Positions 20,080-31,496 of a stretch of 64,000 nucleotides of DNA are shown in pieces. The stretch's first letter is position 1; every line of letters begins with the position of its first letter. Under the pieces are notes generated by a model, which ran no database searches, was not told where the DNA came from, and saw nothing but the letters and a program-made list of their open reading frames with translations. This DNA comes from Alphaproteobacteria bacterium (GTDB lineage: Bacteria > Pseudomonadota > Alphaproteobacteria > Bin95): positions 1,024,001 through 1,088,000 of the forward strand of contig OZ224045.1 of the NCBI GenBank assembly GCA_963665325.3, read 5' to 3'. Made by a program: the position numbers and the translations under genes.

Positions 20080-21207
20080 ATGTCCGGGGAAACAGCAGCG
20101 GTCGGGACCCTCGACTATCGCCTCAGCCCCTTGCCGGTGCGCAGTAATCTCGTCGCCGCCCAGAAACGCGCCTGGGCGCGTCTGGCGGAGCCGGGCGAGT
20201 GGTGGTCCGGCGCGGTCCGGGTCGCCATCGCCGAGGAAACCCGTGCGGCGGAAGGCTGCGGGCTCTGTCGTGAGCGCAAGGCGGCGCTATCGCCTTATGC
20301 CGTGGCCGGAGCGCACAGCGCGGCGACGGACTTGCCGGAAATCCTGGTGGAGGTCATCCACCGGATCCGCACCGACCCCGGCCGCCTGACCCGGCGCTTC
20401 TATGAGGAGGCACTGGCCGGCGGGCTCACCGACGCGGAATATGTCGAGACCGTGGGCGTCATGGCCACGGTCATCGCCGTCGACAGCTTCTGCGATGCCA
20501 TGGGACTGCCGCGCCACGAGCTGCCGGTGCCCGCCCAAGGGGAGCCGCGCCGCCGACGGCCAGCCGGTGCGAAGGAGGGCCTCGCCTGGGTGCCGACCGT
20601 GGCGCCGGAGGACCTGACGGAGGGCGAAGCCGGCATGTATGAGGGCCTCTCGGCCGTGAACATCCACCGCGCTCTGTCGCTCGTGCCGGCGGAAGTGGTG
20701 GGCTTCTTCGACATGGATTCAGTGCACTACCTGCCGGACGGGCAACTCCGTGACTACGGCACGGAATACCGCGCGCTCACCCATGCCCAGACCGAGTTCC
20801 TCGCCGGGCGGGTGTCGGCCATCAACCGGTGCGTCTATTGAACCACCAGCCATGCTGTGCTGCTCCGTGAGAGCGGCCGACACACAGGCGACGACTACGA
20901 CCTGACCGCCATCGTCGAGGACGGTGCGGCCAGCGGCGGCGTGGCGGCAGGACAAGCGCTGGTCCGCTACGCAGACGCCTTCTACGAAGACGGGGACGGT
21001 TTCGCGGCGGCGCGGGACCGGCTGCATGAGGAGATCGGCGCGGAGGCGCTGGTCGATGCTGCGGGCGTGCTCGCCATCTTCAACGCCGTCGTCCGCATCG
21101 CTGATGCGACCGGCATCCCGCTGGAGGAGCAGAAGGCCCGGATGAGCGACGATTTCCGGGGCGCGCTCGGCATCGACGACTATCCCGCCGCCGCCGGCAA
21201 GGTGTAA
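20080..21207 (+). CDS. AhpD/alkylhydroperoxidase-like probable selenoprotein (CVYU, TGA at 20839-20841)
   Basis: Track ORFs 19978-20841 and 20857-21207 are in one frame, separated only by TGA: ...AGRVSAINRCVY-U-TTSHAVLLRESG...; the AhpD-like C-terminus DAAGVLAIFNAVVRIADATG follows. Confidence 0.82.
20853..20889 (+). promoter_or_regulatory. Candidate bacterial SECIS hairpin
   Basis: Starts about 11 nt after the UGA: lower stem CTGTG/CACAG, upper stem CTGCTC/GAGCGG, G-containing loop CGTGA. Confidence 0.6.
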
Positions 21208-21291
21208 GGCGGCGATTTCCGGGGCCCGCGGGCACGATAAGGCGCATTTCCGCCTGTTCCCGGAGGCGAAGCTGTGGTTTGCTCCCGTGCC

Positions 21292-23034
21292 ATGACCGAA
21301 ATCGACGATCCCATCGCCTTCGAGCTGTTCAAGAACGCCATCTTCTCGATTGCCGACGAGATGGCGCTCACCATCTGCCGGACCACATATTCCGGCGTGC
21401 TGCGCGACAATATGGACTTCTCCACCGCCTTCGCGGATGCCGAAGGGCGGCTGGTGGCCCAGGGGCTGACCCTGCCGGGCCATCTGGGCTCCATCCCGAC
21501 CGCGCTCGCCACGGTGGTCGAGCGGTTCCGGGACGACATCCACCCGGGCGACGTGTTCTGCCTGAACGACCCGTTCGACGGCGGCATGCACCTGCCGGAC
21601 ATCTTCGTCTTCCAGCCGATCTTCCGCGAGGGGCGCCGGCTCGCCTTCGCCTGCACCATCTGCCACCACACCGATGTCGGCGGGCGCGTGGCGGGCTCCA
21701 ACGCTTCCGACTCGACCGAGATCTACCAGGAGGGGCTGCGCATCCCGCCGCTCAAAATGTTCGAGCGGGGCAAGCGCAACGAGACCCTCTGGACGCTGAT
21801 CGAGAGCAATGTCCGCCTGCCGGTCAGGCTCGCGGGCGACCTGCGCGCCCAGCTTGCGGCGTGCCACATTGCGGAAGCCGCCTTCCTCGATCTTGTGGAC
21901 AAATACGGCGAGGCACGCGTCGGCGTCTATATGGAGGCGGTGATCGACTATGCCGAGCGGCTGACCCGGGCCGCGCTCAGCGAACTGCCGGACGGCACAT
22001 GGTCCTTCGAGGACTGGATCGACGATGACGGCATCGACATCGGCAAGCCGATCCGCCTGTTCGTGACCTTCACCAAGACGGGCGACTCGATGCAGGCCGA
22101 CTGGACCGGGTCGGCGGCGCAGGTGAAGGGCGCCATCAACAACACGCTCTCCTTCACCAAGGCGGCGACCTATTGCGCGGTGCGCTCGATCCTGCCGCCG
22201 GGCATCCCGAATAATGAGGGTGTGTTCCGCGCCATACAGGTCACCGCGCCGCCCGCCACTATCGCCAATTCAGTGCTGCCGGCCGCCTGCGCGGCGCGCG
22301 GGCTCACGGGCTTCCGTATGGTGGACTGCGCCTTCGGCGCGCTCGCGCAATGCGCGCCGGACAAGGTGTTCGCCTGCTCCGACGGCGGAAACACGGGCGT
22401 GTCCATCGGCGGTTACGACAAGGAGCGCCGGCCCTTCATCTATGTCGATTTCGCCTGCGGCACTTGGGGCGGGCGGCCCTATGCCGACGGGCTGGAAGGC
22501 AATTCCAACATGTTCGCCAACATGGCCTCGCACTCGGTCGAGGTCACGGAGGCGGAGCAGCCGGTGCAGGTGCTGCGCTACGACCTGGTGGCCGACCGGA
22601 TGGGGGCGGGCGCCTATCGCGGCGGCGCGCCCTACCGGCGGGAATACCGCTTCCTGGAGCAGGAAGCGGTGTTGCAGGTGCGCGCCGACCGGATGGCCTT
22701 CCGGCCCTACGGCCTTTCGGGCGGCGGCCCGGGCGAGCCGGCGGCGAACTACCTGAACGGCGAGCCGGTCCCCTCCAAGATCACGCAGAACATCCATGCG
22801 GGCGATGTGTTCCTGCACGAGCTGGCGGGAGGCGGCGGCTGGGGCGACCCGCTGGAGCGCGAGCCGGCGGCGGTGGCGCTGGACGTGCTGAACGAGTTGC
22901 TCTCGTCCGAGGGCGCGGAGCGGGATTACGGCGTGGTGCTGGCTGCTGACGGGCGCACGGCAGACGAGGCGGCAACGGCGAGCCGCCGCGCCGGGATGCG
23001 CGCCGCAAGCGCCGGCAGCCGCGCGGCGGAATAA
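21292..23034 (+). CDS. Hydantoinase B/oxoprolinase family protein
   Basis: DEMALTICRTTYS...DFS, NDPFDGGMHLPD, HHTDVGG, EIYQEGLRIPP, GGGGWGDPLER. Confidence 0.92.
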   Translation: MTEIDDPIAFELFKNAIFSIADEMALTICRTTYSGVLRDNMDFSTAFADAEGRLVAQGLTLPGHLGSIPTALATVVERFRDDIHPGDVFCLNDPFDGGMHLPDIFVFQPIFREGRRLAFACTICHHTDVGGRVAGSNASDSTEIYQEGLRIPPLKMFERGKRNETLWTLIESNVRLPVRLAGDLRAQLAACHIAEAAFLDLVDKYGEARVGVYMEAVIDYAERLTRAALSELPDGTWSFEDWIDDDGIDIGKPIRLFVTFTKTGDSMQADWTGSAAQVKGAINNTLSFTKAATYCAVRSILPPGIPNNEGVFRAIQVTAPPATIANSVLPAACAARGLTGFRMVDCAFGALAQCAPDKVFACSDGGNTGVSIGGYDKERRPFIYVDFACGTWGGRPYADGLEGNSNMFANMASHSVEVTEAEQPVQVLRYDLVADRMGAGAYRGGAPYRREYRFLEQEAVLQVRADRMAFRPYGLSGGGPGEPAANYLNGEPVPSKITQNIHAGDVFLHELAGGGGWGDPLEREPAAVALDVLNELLSSEGAERDYGVVLAADGRTADEAATASRRAGMRAASAGSRAAE

Positions 23035-23067
23035 GCGGTCGGAGTTACGGTCTCGGCAGGCGCTGCC

Positions 23068-24246
23068 TCAGGCCGTCACGCCGCGTTCCGGCTCGCGCCT
23101 GTTTTCTGGGACGCGGCGGCAATGGAAACGGTCGAGATCGATGGTCGTGAAACGCCCGTCGAGGATCAATTCCGACAGGGCCCGGCCCGTTGCGGGTGCA
23201 TGCTGGAGCCCGTGGCCCGAAAATCCGGTCGCTATCAGGAAATTCGAAGCCGCGCCCGGCCATGCGCCGATAATCATGTTGCCGTCGAAGGTGTTGTAGG
23301 CGTAGTGGCAGGCCCAGGCGTTCCTGAGCCGGATCGCCTCGAACGCGGGCAGGCGGTGCGCGAGCCGCGGCCAGGCTTCGCTCTCGAACCCGTCCAGGTC
23401 CGGGTCCCAATCGAAATCGCCGGTGCGCTCATAGTCGGATATGCCTGCAATGAAGCCTGCGCCTTCGGGCCGGAATCCAATCGAGCGTCCGTCCGTGACG
23501 TCGGTGGTAAGCGGCAGCAGCTCGATCTCCGCCCGGCATTCGAAATACCAGGTCGTGCGCGGCATCGGCCGGACGGGAATGTCCAGGCCGATCATTGCGC
23601 AGACCTCATGCGCCCAGGCTCCGGTATTGTTGACGACCCAGTCGCCCTCGAGAACCTCGCCACTTTCGAGCGCGACCGAACGGACGAGACCGGATGAGAC
23701 CGTCAGCCCGACGGCGGTCCCCGCGATGTAGCTGACGCCGAGTGACCGCGCCTTGCGCCTGAGCGCCATCAGTGCGCCGTGCGAATCGATCCAGCCGTCG
23801 TCGGGGGAATGGGTCGCACAGACCACGTCGTCCACGCGGAGCGAGGGAAAGCGGGCCGCCGTCTCCGCCGCGTCGATAAGGTCGACATTGCAGCCAAGGC
23901 TTCCCTGGAGCGCGTGGATTTCGCACATGATGCCGGCCAAATCGGCCGAGGTCGCGATGTGCAGATAGCCTTGGCGGCGAAAGGACACGGTGGCCTCCTC
24001 GCCATCGACCGCCATTGTCTTCTCGTAGCCCCGGTAGAACTCGTGGCCGTATTGCGACATGCGCACATTCTCTTGCTGCGAGAACATGACCCGCACGCCG
24101 GCCGTCGTGCGGATCGAGGCCGCATGCTCATAGGAAGGATCGCGCTCGACCACCGCGATGCGCAAACCCGGCTCGCGGGCGACCAGGTGGTAAGCCGTGC
24201 TGCTGCCATGCAATCCGCCGCCGATGACGATGACATCGTATTTCAT
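23068..24246 (-). CDS. FAD-dependent oxidoreductase (DAO/sarcosine oxidase beta/FOXRED1-like)
   Basis: VIVIGGGLHGSS, VVERDPSY, NNTGAWA, ATGFSGHGLQHAP. Confidence 0.88.
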   Translation of the reverse strand: MKYDVIVIGGGLHGSSTAYHLVAREPGLRIAVVERDPSYEHAASIRTTAGVRVMFSQQENVRMSQYGHEFYRGYEKTMAVDGEEATVSFRRQGYLHIATSADLAGIMCEIHALQGSLGCNVDLIDAAETAARFPSLRVDDVVCATHSPDDGWIDSHGALMALRRKARSLGVSYIAGTAVGLTVSSGLVRSVALESGEVLEGDWVVNNTGAWAHEVCAMIGLDIPVRPMPRTTWYFECRAEIELLPLTTDVTDGRSIGFRPEGAGFIAGISDYERTGDFDWDPDLDGFESEAWPRLAHRLPAFEAIRLRNAWACHYAYNTFDGNMIIGAWPGAASNFLIATGFSGHGLQHAPATGRALSELILDGRFTTIDLDRFHCRRVPENRREPERGVTA

Positions 24247-24399
24247 GGGCCCGCCCCGTTTGGTCCGCTTACCTTACACTGCCCTCACGATCATGGCTGG
24301 AGCGCCCGGCCTCGATAGCGATTACGCCGCTCCTGCGGTAGAGCGGCAGCTGCAAGGCATCGCCGCCAGTCGGAAGGGAGTGCGGGCTTCTACATGCGA

Positions 24400-24575
24400 T
24401 ATTCGACCGAACAGGAGCATTTGCCGAACCCGGTACATCGCAGTCGGATTCCAAGTCGGCCGCTTGGTATTCGTGGCATGGACCCCGCGTGGCGACGCCC
24501 GCCGCATCATCGGCATGAGAAAGGCCAACACCCGGGAACGAGAGCTCTATGCACCCCGATTCAGACGATGCACTG
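24400..24575 (+). pseudogene. brnT: BrnT toxin remnant
   Basis: RYIAVG...LVFVAWTPRGDARRIIGMRKANTRERELY; no intact N-terminus or proper stop. Confidence 0.7.
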
Positions 24576-24773
24576 CCGGGTATCAGCACTTCCGAATGCC
24601 AGGCAAAGTTCGCCAGAGCCCCGCTGCGTCGGGGCCGTGCGAAATCCGACGTGACGAAAGTCCGCGCCACCCTCCGCCTCGATCCCAATGTCCTCGCCGC
24701 CTTCCGCTCCGGCGGCCCCGGGTGGCAGACCTGTATCAACGACGCGCTCCGAAAAGCGGCAGGGCTGCCCTGA
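24549..24773 (+). CDS. brnA: BrnA antitoxin (possibly shortened)
   Basis: RRGRAKSDVTKVRATLRLDPNVLAAFRSGGPGWQTCINDALRK. Confidence 0.75.
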   Translation: MHPDSDDALPGISTSECQAKFARAPLRRGRAKSDVTKVRATLRLDPNVLAAFRSGGPGWQTCINDALRKAAGLP

Positions 24774-24808
24774 CGTTTTTCCGCCGCTCCACCGGCGTCC
24801 CCGCGCCC

Positions 24809-26131
24809 CTAAAACAACGCCCCGTAAGTATCCAGAATGTCTTCGAACGCCGCCGTCAGGCCGTCGAATTCGTCGGGGCCCATGGGGAGGGAGAGGACCA
24901 TCATGCCGCGGCGCGACACATAATGCGCGCGGGCCATCATCTCCAGGTGGAAGAGGGCGCGCGCTTCCTTCGGCGCGGCGTCGGTGTCGGCCGGACCGGT
25001 GAGATCGGCATCGGTCGGGTGGAACATCATCATCGAGCCGTAGCCGGTGACTTGCGCGGGCAGGTTGCGGGCCTCGATGGCGCCGTTGAGGCGCTGGCGC
25101 AACAGGTCGCCCTCTGCATTGATCTCCACGGCAGCCTGCTCGGTGAACACCTCGCTCATACCCGCGATGGCCGCCTGCATGGTCAGCACATTGTTGTTGA
25201 AGGTGCCGGCATGGCCGAAATGCCCGGCCTCGCGCGGGTCGAAGCGCGACATCACCTCCGCCTTGCCGCCGAACGCGCCGAAGGTGAGCCCGCCGCCGAT
25301 ATACTTGCCGAAGGAGGTCATGTCCGGCGTGATGCCATGCTCCTTCTGCAGGCCGCCGGGGCCGAGGCGGGAGGTCATCACCTCGTCGAACTGCAGGATG
25401 ATGCCGTGCTCGTCGGCCGCATCGCGCAGCATCTGCAGGAACTCGGGCTCGGCCGGGATGCAACCGCCGCTGCCGGTCATCGGTTCGATGATGATGGCGG
25501 CAAGCCTGTCCTTGTTTTCCTCGATAAGCTCGCGCGTGCCCTCCATGTCGTTGTAGCGGCCCATCACCCAGTCGAAAGGCACGTTCATCCGGTTCCCGTA
25601 GGCGCCGAAGGAGAGCACGCTGCCATGGTAGCTGCCCTCGAAGGCGAGCAGAGCCGTTCGCCCGGTGAAGGCGCGCGCCGCGCTCAGCGCCATCAGGTTC
25701 GCCTCGGTGCCGGAGTTGGTGAAGCGCACCATGTCGAGCGAGGGAAAGCGCTCGCACATGATCTCCGCCAGCCGGCCCTCGCGCGGCGTCGGCCCGCCGA
25801 GCGTAATGCCCTGTGCGAGCGCGGAGGAGATGGCGCGCTGGATCGCGGGCTCCGAATGGCCGTAAATGCCAGCCGTCTGCTCTACGACGAAATCCGCATA
25901 GCGGTGGCCGTCCGCGTCCTCGACATAGCAGCTGTCGCCGCGCGCGAGCGAGACCGGGAAGGGCGGGTAGTAGAGCACGGTGCGGGTGTTGCCGCCGGGC
26001 ATGGCGCGGCAGGCCTGCTCGTAAAGGCCGGCGCTGGTCGGGTTGGCCTCGGCGAAGCGGGCCTCCGCGTCCTCAAGGGCGGCAGTCAGGTCGAAATTGG
26101 TGCGTTCGACGGGTGTGTCCGGCATGGGCAT
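24809..26131 (-). CDS. Class III PLP aminotransferase (glutamate-1-semialdehyde aminomutase-like)
   Basis: MPGGNTR, RFTNSGTEAN, FEGSYHG, FDEVMTSR, DMTSFGKYIGGG, HAGTFNNN. Confidence 0.88.
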   Translation of the reverse strand: MPMPDTPVERTNFDLTAALEDAEARFAEANPTSAGLYEQACRAMPGGNTRTVLYYPPFPVSLARGDSCYVEDADGHRYADFVVEQTAGIYGHSEPAIQRAISSALAQGITLGGPTPREGRLAEIMCERFPSLDMVRFTNSGTEANLMALSAARAFTGRTALLAFEGSYHGSVLSFGAYGNRMNVPFDWVMGRYNDMEGTRELIEENKDRLAAIIIEPMTGSGGCIPAEPEFLQMLRDAADEHGIILQFDEVMTSRLGPGGLQKEHGITPDMTSFGKYIGGGLTFGAFGGKAEVMSRFDPREAGHFGHAGTFNNNVLTMQAAIAGMSEVFTEQAAVEINAEGDLLRQRLNGAIEARNLPAQVTGYGSMMMFHPTDADLTGPADTDAAPKEARALFHLEMMARAHYVSRRGMMVLSLPMGPDEFDGLTAAFEDILDTYGALF

Positions 26132-26190
26132 GTCTCCGGGAGTGGGCTGCCGCGACGGGCGGCGGCGCGCATTCAACCCCGTCCGGCGGC

Positions 26191-27063
26191 TCAGGGCAAA
26201 TCGCGCAGGAAACGGATGATGGCGGTGTTGAAGGCGTCGTTGCGGTCGCCGGCGACCATGTGGCCCGCGCCGGAGACATCGACGAAACGCGCATGCGGCA
26301 CGAGGTCGAGGAAGGCGCGCGCCTCGGTCTCTGTCACAAGGTCGCTGCTGCCGCCGCGGACCAGCAGGGTGGGTGTGCGCCGGCGGGCGAGCACGCGCGC
26401 ACAGGCTTCGAGCCGTTCGGGGTCGCGGTCCTCCTGACGCGCGCGGGCATCGGTGACGAAAGCCGGGTCCCAGTGCCAGTACCAGCGGCCGTCCTCGCCG
26501 GCGCGCAGGTTCTTTCGCAGTCCGGAGAGGTCGCGCGGGCGCTTGCGGTTCGGCAGGTAAGCCGCAACCGCGTCGGCGGCCTCCTCAAGCGAGCCGAAGC
26601 CGGTCTCGACATGGGCCTTCATGAAATCGACGACGCGGGCCGCGCCCTCGGGCCGCACGCGGGGTGTGATGTCCACCAGCACGACGGCGCGCAGCACGGG
26701 CTCCGGCGCCTCGCCTTCTGCGATCAGCGAGGCGATGCCGCCGAGCGAGGCGCCGACCGCGACCGGGCGGTCGAGCCGGCGGGCGACCACGCGCAGGTCG
26801 GCGCCAAAATGCTCGATCAGGTAGTGCCCGTCGGGCGAGCGGTCGCTGTCGCCGTGGCCGCGCTGGTCGAGGCTGACGGCCCGCCAGCCGCGCAGCGCCA
26901 GCGCCAGCGCCGCGCCGCCCCAGGCGTGGCGCGTCTGCCCGCCGCCGTGGGCGAGCAGCACGGTCGGGCAATCGTCGTCGCCCAGAATGTCGGCGGCGAG
27001 CGAGAGCCCTTCGCTGCCTTCGAAGCACTGGAAACGCGGCGGGATCGGTCCGGGATCGGTCAT
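26191..27063 (-). CDS. Alpha/beta hydrolase
   Basis: HGGGQTRHAW, DQRGHGDS, GASLGG nucleophile elbow, WHWDP, AGHMVAGDRND. Confidence 0.88.
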   Translation of the reverse strand: MTDPGPIPPRFQCFEGSEGLSLAADILGDDDCPTVLLAHGGGQTRHAWGGAALALALRGWRAVSLDQRGHGDSDRSPDGHYLIEHFGADLRVVARRLDRPVAVGASLGGIASLIAEGEAPEPVLRAVVLVDITPRVRPEGAARVVDFMKAHVETGFGSLEEAADAVAAYLPNRKRPRDLSGLRKNLRAGEDGRWYWHWDPAFVTDARARQEDRDPERLEACARVLARRRTPTLLVRGGSSDLVTETEARAFLDLVPHARFVDVSGAGHMVAGDRNDAFNTAIIRFLRDLP

Positions 27064-27100
27064 CGGGATTCGTCTCGGTGTCTGTGGAGTCCTGCGGCCG

Positions 27101-27592
27101 TCATCCGGCCCGCAGCGGAGCGAGCGCCTGGCGGAGCGCATCCGCCACCTCGACGCGCTCGTAAGGCGCCAGGAAGGCGCCGACGGTCTCGCGCTGGCCG
27201 TGCGTCGCCAGGGTCAGCGGCCCCGGCCGCTCGCCGCTCCGGTCGATCTCGACCCGGAGCCACCAAGGCGGCAGGCGAACCTGCTCCACCCTGCCGGCGG
27301 GGTTCGCCCGCTCCACCGTCAGCGCGTCGGGGGTGAGCCGGAGCCGTTCCCATTGCCGGCCCTGGCGGTAGTTTGCATGGAAGCACCAGGCGAGCAGCGC
27401 GATATCGAGGCCGAAGAACCCGAGCACCGGCCAAGCGCCGAGCGCGAGGAACGCGATGCCGGCCGCCAAGCCGACCGCGGAAAGCGCGCCGATCAGAAGC
27501 CGGAAGCCGGCAGGTGACAGGGACCGGTGCGGCGTGAGCATCGCGTCGAACAGCACGGGGCCGCTCCCGGGCGAGGGCCTGGTGCCGGTCAA
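27101..27592 (-). CDS. DUF2244 integral membrane protein
   Basis: LTPHRSLSPAGF...GAWPVLGFFGLD...VGAFLAPYER; TTG start overlaps the gloB stop. Confidence 0.82.
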   Translation of the reverse strand: MTGTRPSPGSGPVLFDAMLTPHRSLSPAGFRLLIGALSAVGLAAGIAFLALGAWPVLGFFGLDIALLAWCFHANYRQGRQWERLRLTPDALTVERANPAGRVEQVRLPPWWLRVEIDRSGERPGPLTLATHGQRETVGAFLAPYERVEVADALRQALAPLRAG

Positions 27593-28353
27593 AAAGTGTC
27601 CTTGCGGCGGCGAATTTCGGCGAAGACGGCCTCGGGCGCCTCGCCTTCCATGCCGACAAGGCGCTGCATGGCCGGGTCGTCGGCGCGCAGGAAGGGGTTG
27701 GCGACCTTCTCCTCGCCGAGCTCGGAGGGGACGGTGCGCTCGCCGCGAGAGCGAAGGTCGTCGATGCGTCGGGAGGCGGCCTTGAGCGCCTCGTTGTCCG
27801 GGTCCACCGAGAGGGCGAAACGCGCATTGGACTGGGTGTACTCGTGCCCGCAAAAGACGCGCGTGTCGTCGGGCAGGGCGCGCAGCTTGCCGAGCGAGGA
27901 CCAGAACTGCTCCGCCGTGCCCTCGAACATCCGCCCGCAGCCGAGCGCGAACAGCGTGTCGCCGCAGAAGAGCGCGCGGCTCCCCTCGAACCAGAATGCA
28001 ATATGGCCGCTGGTGTGGCCCGGCACGTCGAACACCCGCGCGGTCTGCGAGCCGACTGTGTAGGTGTCGCCGTCGCCGACCTCGACATCGAGGCCCGGAA
28101 TGCGCGCCGCATCTGCCCTCGGGCCGATCACCGGCGCGCCGTAGCGCTCCACCAGTTCCGCATTGCCGCCGATATGGTCCAGATGGTGGTGCGTGTTGAG
28201 GATATGGGTAAGCCTGAGGCCGCGCCGCTCCAGTGCCGCGAGCACGGGCGCGGCCTCGGCCGGGTCCACCACGGCGGTCGCGCCGGCGGCGGCATCGTGG
28301 GCGATATAGACGTAATTGTCCGACAGCGCGGGGACGATCTCGATCTCGAACAT
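27589..28353 (-). CDS. gloB: Hydroxyacylglutathione hydrolase
   Basis: THHHLDHIGG, PGHTSGH, GDTLFALGCGR, CGHEYT, NPFLR. Confidence 0.93.
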   Translation of the reverse strand: MFEIEIVPALSDNYVYIAHDAAAGATAVVDPAEAAPVLAALERRGLRLTHILNTHHHLDHIGGNAELVERYGAPVIGPRADAARIPGLDVEVGDGDTYTVGSQTARVFDVPGHTSGHIAFWFEGSRALFCGDTLFALGCGRMFEGTAEQFWSSLGKLRALPDDTRVFCGHEYTQSNARFALSVDPDNEALKAASRRIDDLRSRGERTVPSELGEEKVANPFLRADDPAMQRLVGMEGEAPEAVFAEIRRRKDTF

Positions 28354-28488
28354 GGGCGGGCAGCACCTCCGGCACAGGGTCAACCGATGCTAATGGGAAA
28401 ACCTCGGCGGCGGAAGAACTTCGATGCCTTGCGGACCGCTTTGCCGCAGCCTCGTGACGGCGGGTCCGGGCTGGGTTATGGAGGTGCA

Positions 28489-29136
28489 ATGATGCTCCGC
28501 CTTGCCCTTGCCGCCGCCGCCCTCCTGGCGGCCCTGCCGCTCAGGGCGGAGCCGCTGGTGGTGGGTCGCTTTTCGTCCGGCGACACGGAAGGCTGGCAGC
28601 TCCGCCATTTCGAGGGTGAGACGCGCTACCGGATCGTGAAGGCCGGGGGGTCGAAGGTGCTGGAAGCCGAGAGCGAGGCTGCAGCGTCGAGCCTCTATCT
28701 CGAAAGGGAAATCGACCTTGCCGAGCGCCCGGTGCTGGAGTGGCGCTGGAAGGTCGAGGCGCCGCTCGCGGTGGCGGACGAGCGCGTCAAGGCGGGCGAC
28801 GATTTCGCCGCTCGGGTCTATGTTGTGGCACCGGGCGAGGGGCTGTTCGCGCTGCCGATCGCGATTTCCTATGTCTGGTCGGGCGGGGCGCCCGTCGGCG
28901 CGGACTGGCCCAACCCGTTCACTTCCAAGGTGCGCATGGTGGCCGTCGAATCCGGCCCGGCCCATGCCGGCGAATGGCGCAGCTACCGGCGCAATCTCCG
29001 CGAGGACTTCCGCCGCCTGTTCGGCCGCGAGGTGGAGGAGCTGGAGGGTGTGGCCGTGATGACAGACGCCGACAACAGCGGCCAGCGCGCCCGCGCCTGG
29101 TACGGCGATATCCTGCTGCGCGGGCAGGGCGGCTGA
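28489..29136 (+). CDS. Exported DUF3047 protein
   Basis: Signal peptide; LEWRWKV, GDDFAARVYV, ISYVWS, AVMTDADNSG...AWYGDI. Confidence 0.82.
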   Translation: MMLRLALAAAALLAALPLRAEPLVVGRFSSGDTEGWQLRHFEGETRYRIVKAGGSKVLEAESEAAASSLYLEREIDLAERPVLEWRWKVEAPLAVADERVKAGDDFAARVYVVAPGEGLFALPIAISYVWSGGAPVGADWPNPFTSKVRMVAVESGPAHAGEWRSYRRNLREDFRRLFGREVEELEGVAVMTDADNSGQRARAWYGDILLRGQGG

Positions 29137-29145
29137 GGGCGGGCT

Positions 29146-30350
29146 TCAGCGCCCCATGAGGCCTTCGAGGCGCAGGCGGAGCGCGTTCAGCTTGATGAAG
29201 CCCTCGGCGTCGCGCTGGTCGTAAACCGTGTCTTCCTCGAAGGTGGCGAAGCCCTCATGGTAGATGGAGTTGGGCGACTGCCTGCCCACAACCCAGCAGG
29301 CGCCCTTGAAGAGCTTCACCCTGACCCGGCCCGCCACCCGATCCTGGCTCGCGTCGATGGCCGCCTGCAGCATGCGCCGCTCGGGCGAGAACCAGAAGCC
29401 GTTGTAGATCAGCTCGGCATAGCGTGGCATGAGCTCATCCTTGAGGTGCGCCGCGCCCCGGTCGAGCACGACGCTCTCCAGCCCGCGCCGGGCCGCCAGT
29501 AAGAGCGTGCCGCCGGGCGTCTCGTAGACGCCGCGCGACTTCATGCCGACGAAGCGGTTTTCCACCAGGTCGAGCCGGCCGACGCCGTGCCGGCCGGCGA
29601 TCTCGTTGAGCCGCTCCAGCAGCGAGGCCGGTGAGAGCCGCGCGCCGTCCACCGCCACCGGGTCGCCCCGCTCGAAGTCGATCTCGACATATTCGGGCTC
29701 GTCGGGCGCGGCCGCCGGCGAGACGGTGCGGGTGAACATCTCCTCATCGGGCTCGACCCAAGGGTCCTCCAGCGCCCGGCCTTCATAGGAGATGTGCAGG
29801 AGGTTCGCGTCGGTGGAGTAGGGCGGCTCACCCCGCTTGCCGCGCGCAATGGGGATCTGGTGCGCCTCGGCGTAGGCGATCAGCCGGTTGCGGGAGCCGA
29901 GTTTCCATTCTCGCCAGGGCGCGATCACCCGGATGCGCGGCTCCAGCGCATAGTAGGCAAGCTCGAAGCGAACCTGGTCGTTGCCCTTGCCGGTCGCGCC
30001 GTGCGAGACGGCGTCCGCCCCGGTCTCGCGGGCGATCTCGATCTGGCGCCTGGCGATCAGCGGGCGGGCGATCGAGGTGCCGAGCAGGTATTGCCCCTCA
30101 TAGAGCGCGTTGGCGCGGAACATCGGGAAGACGAAATCGCGCACGAACTCCTCGCGCAGATCGTCGATATAAATCTGCCGCACGCCCATCGTTTCGGCCT
30201 TGGCGCGGGCCGGCTCAACCTCCTCGCCCTGGCCGAGATCGGCGGTGAAGGTCACGACCTCGCAGCGATAGTGCTCCTGCAGCCAGCGGAGGATGACGGA
30301 GGTGTCGAGGCCGCCGGAATAGGCGAGCACCACCCGCTTGACCTCGCCGC

Positions 30351-30354
<4 letters not shown>
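29146..30354 (-). CDS. argG: Argininosuccinate synthase
   Basis: [47 protein letters not shown]. Confidence 0.97.

Positions 30355-31483
<1,129 letters not shown>

Positions 31484-31496
<13 letters not shown>

Noticed and set aside
24197-26437. 746-aa ORF containing a BrnT segment
   Set aside because: Run-on of the brnT remnant into the antisense strand of the aminotransferase; not a real fusion
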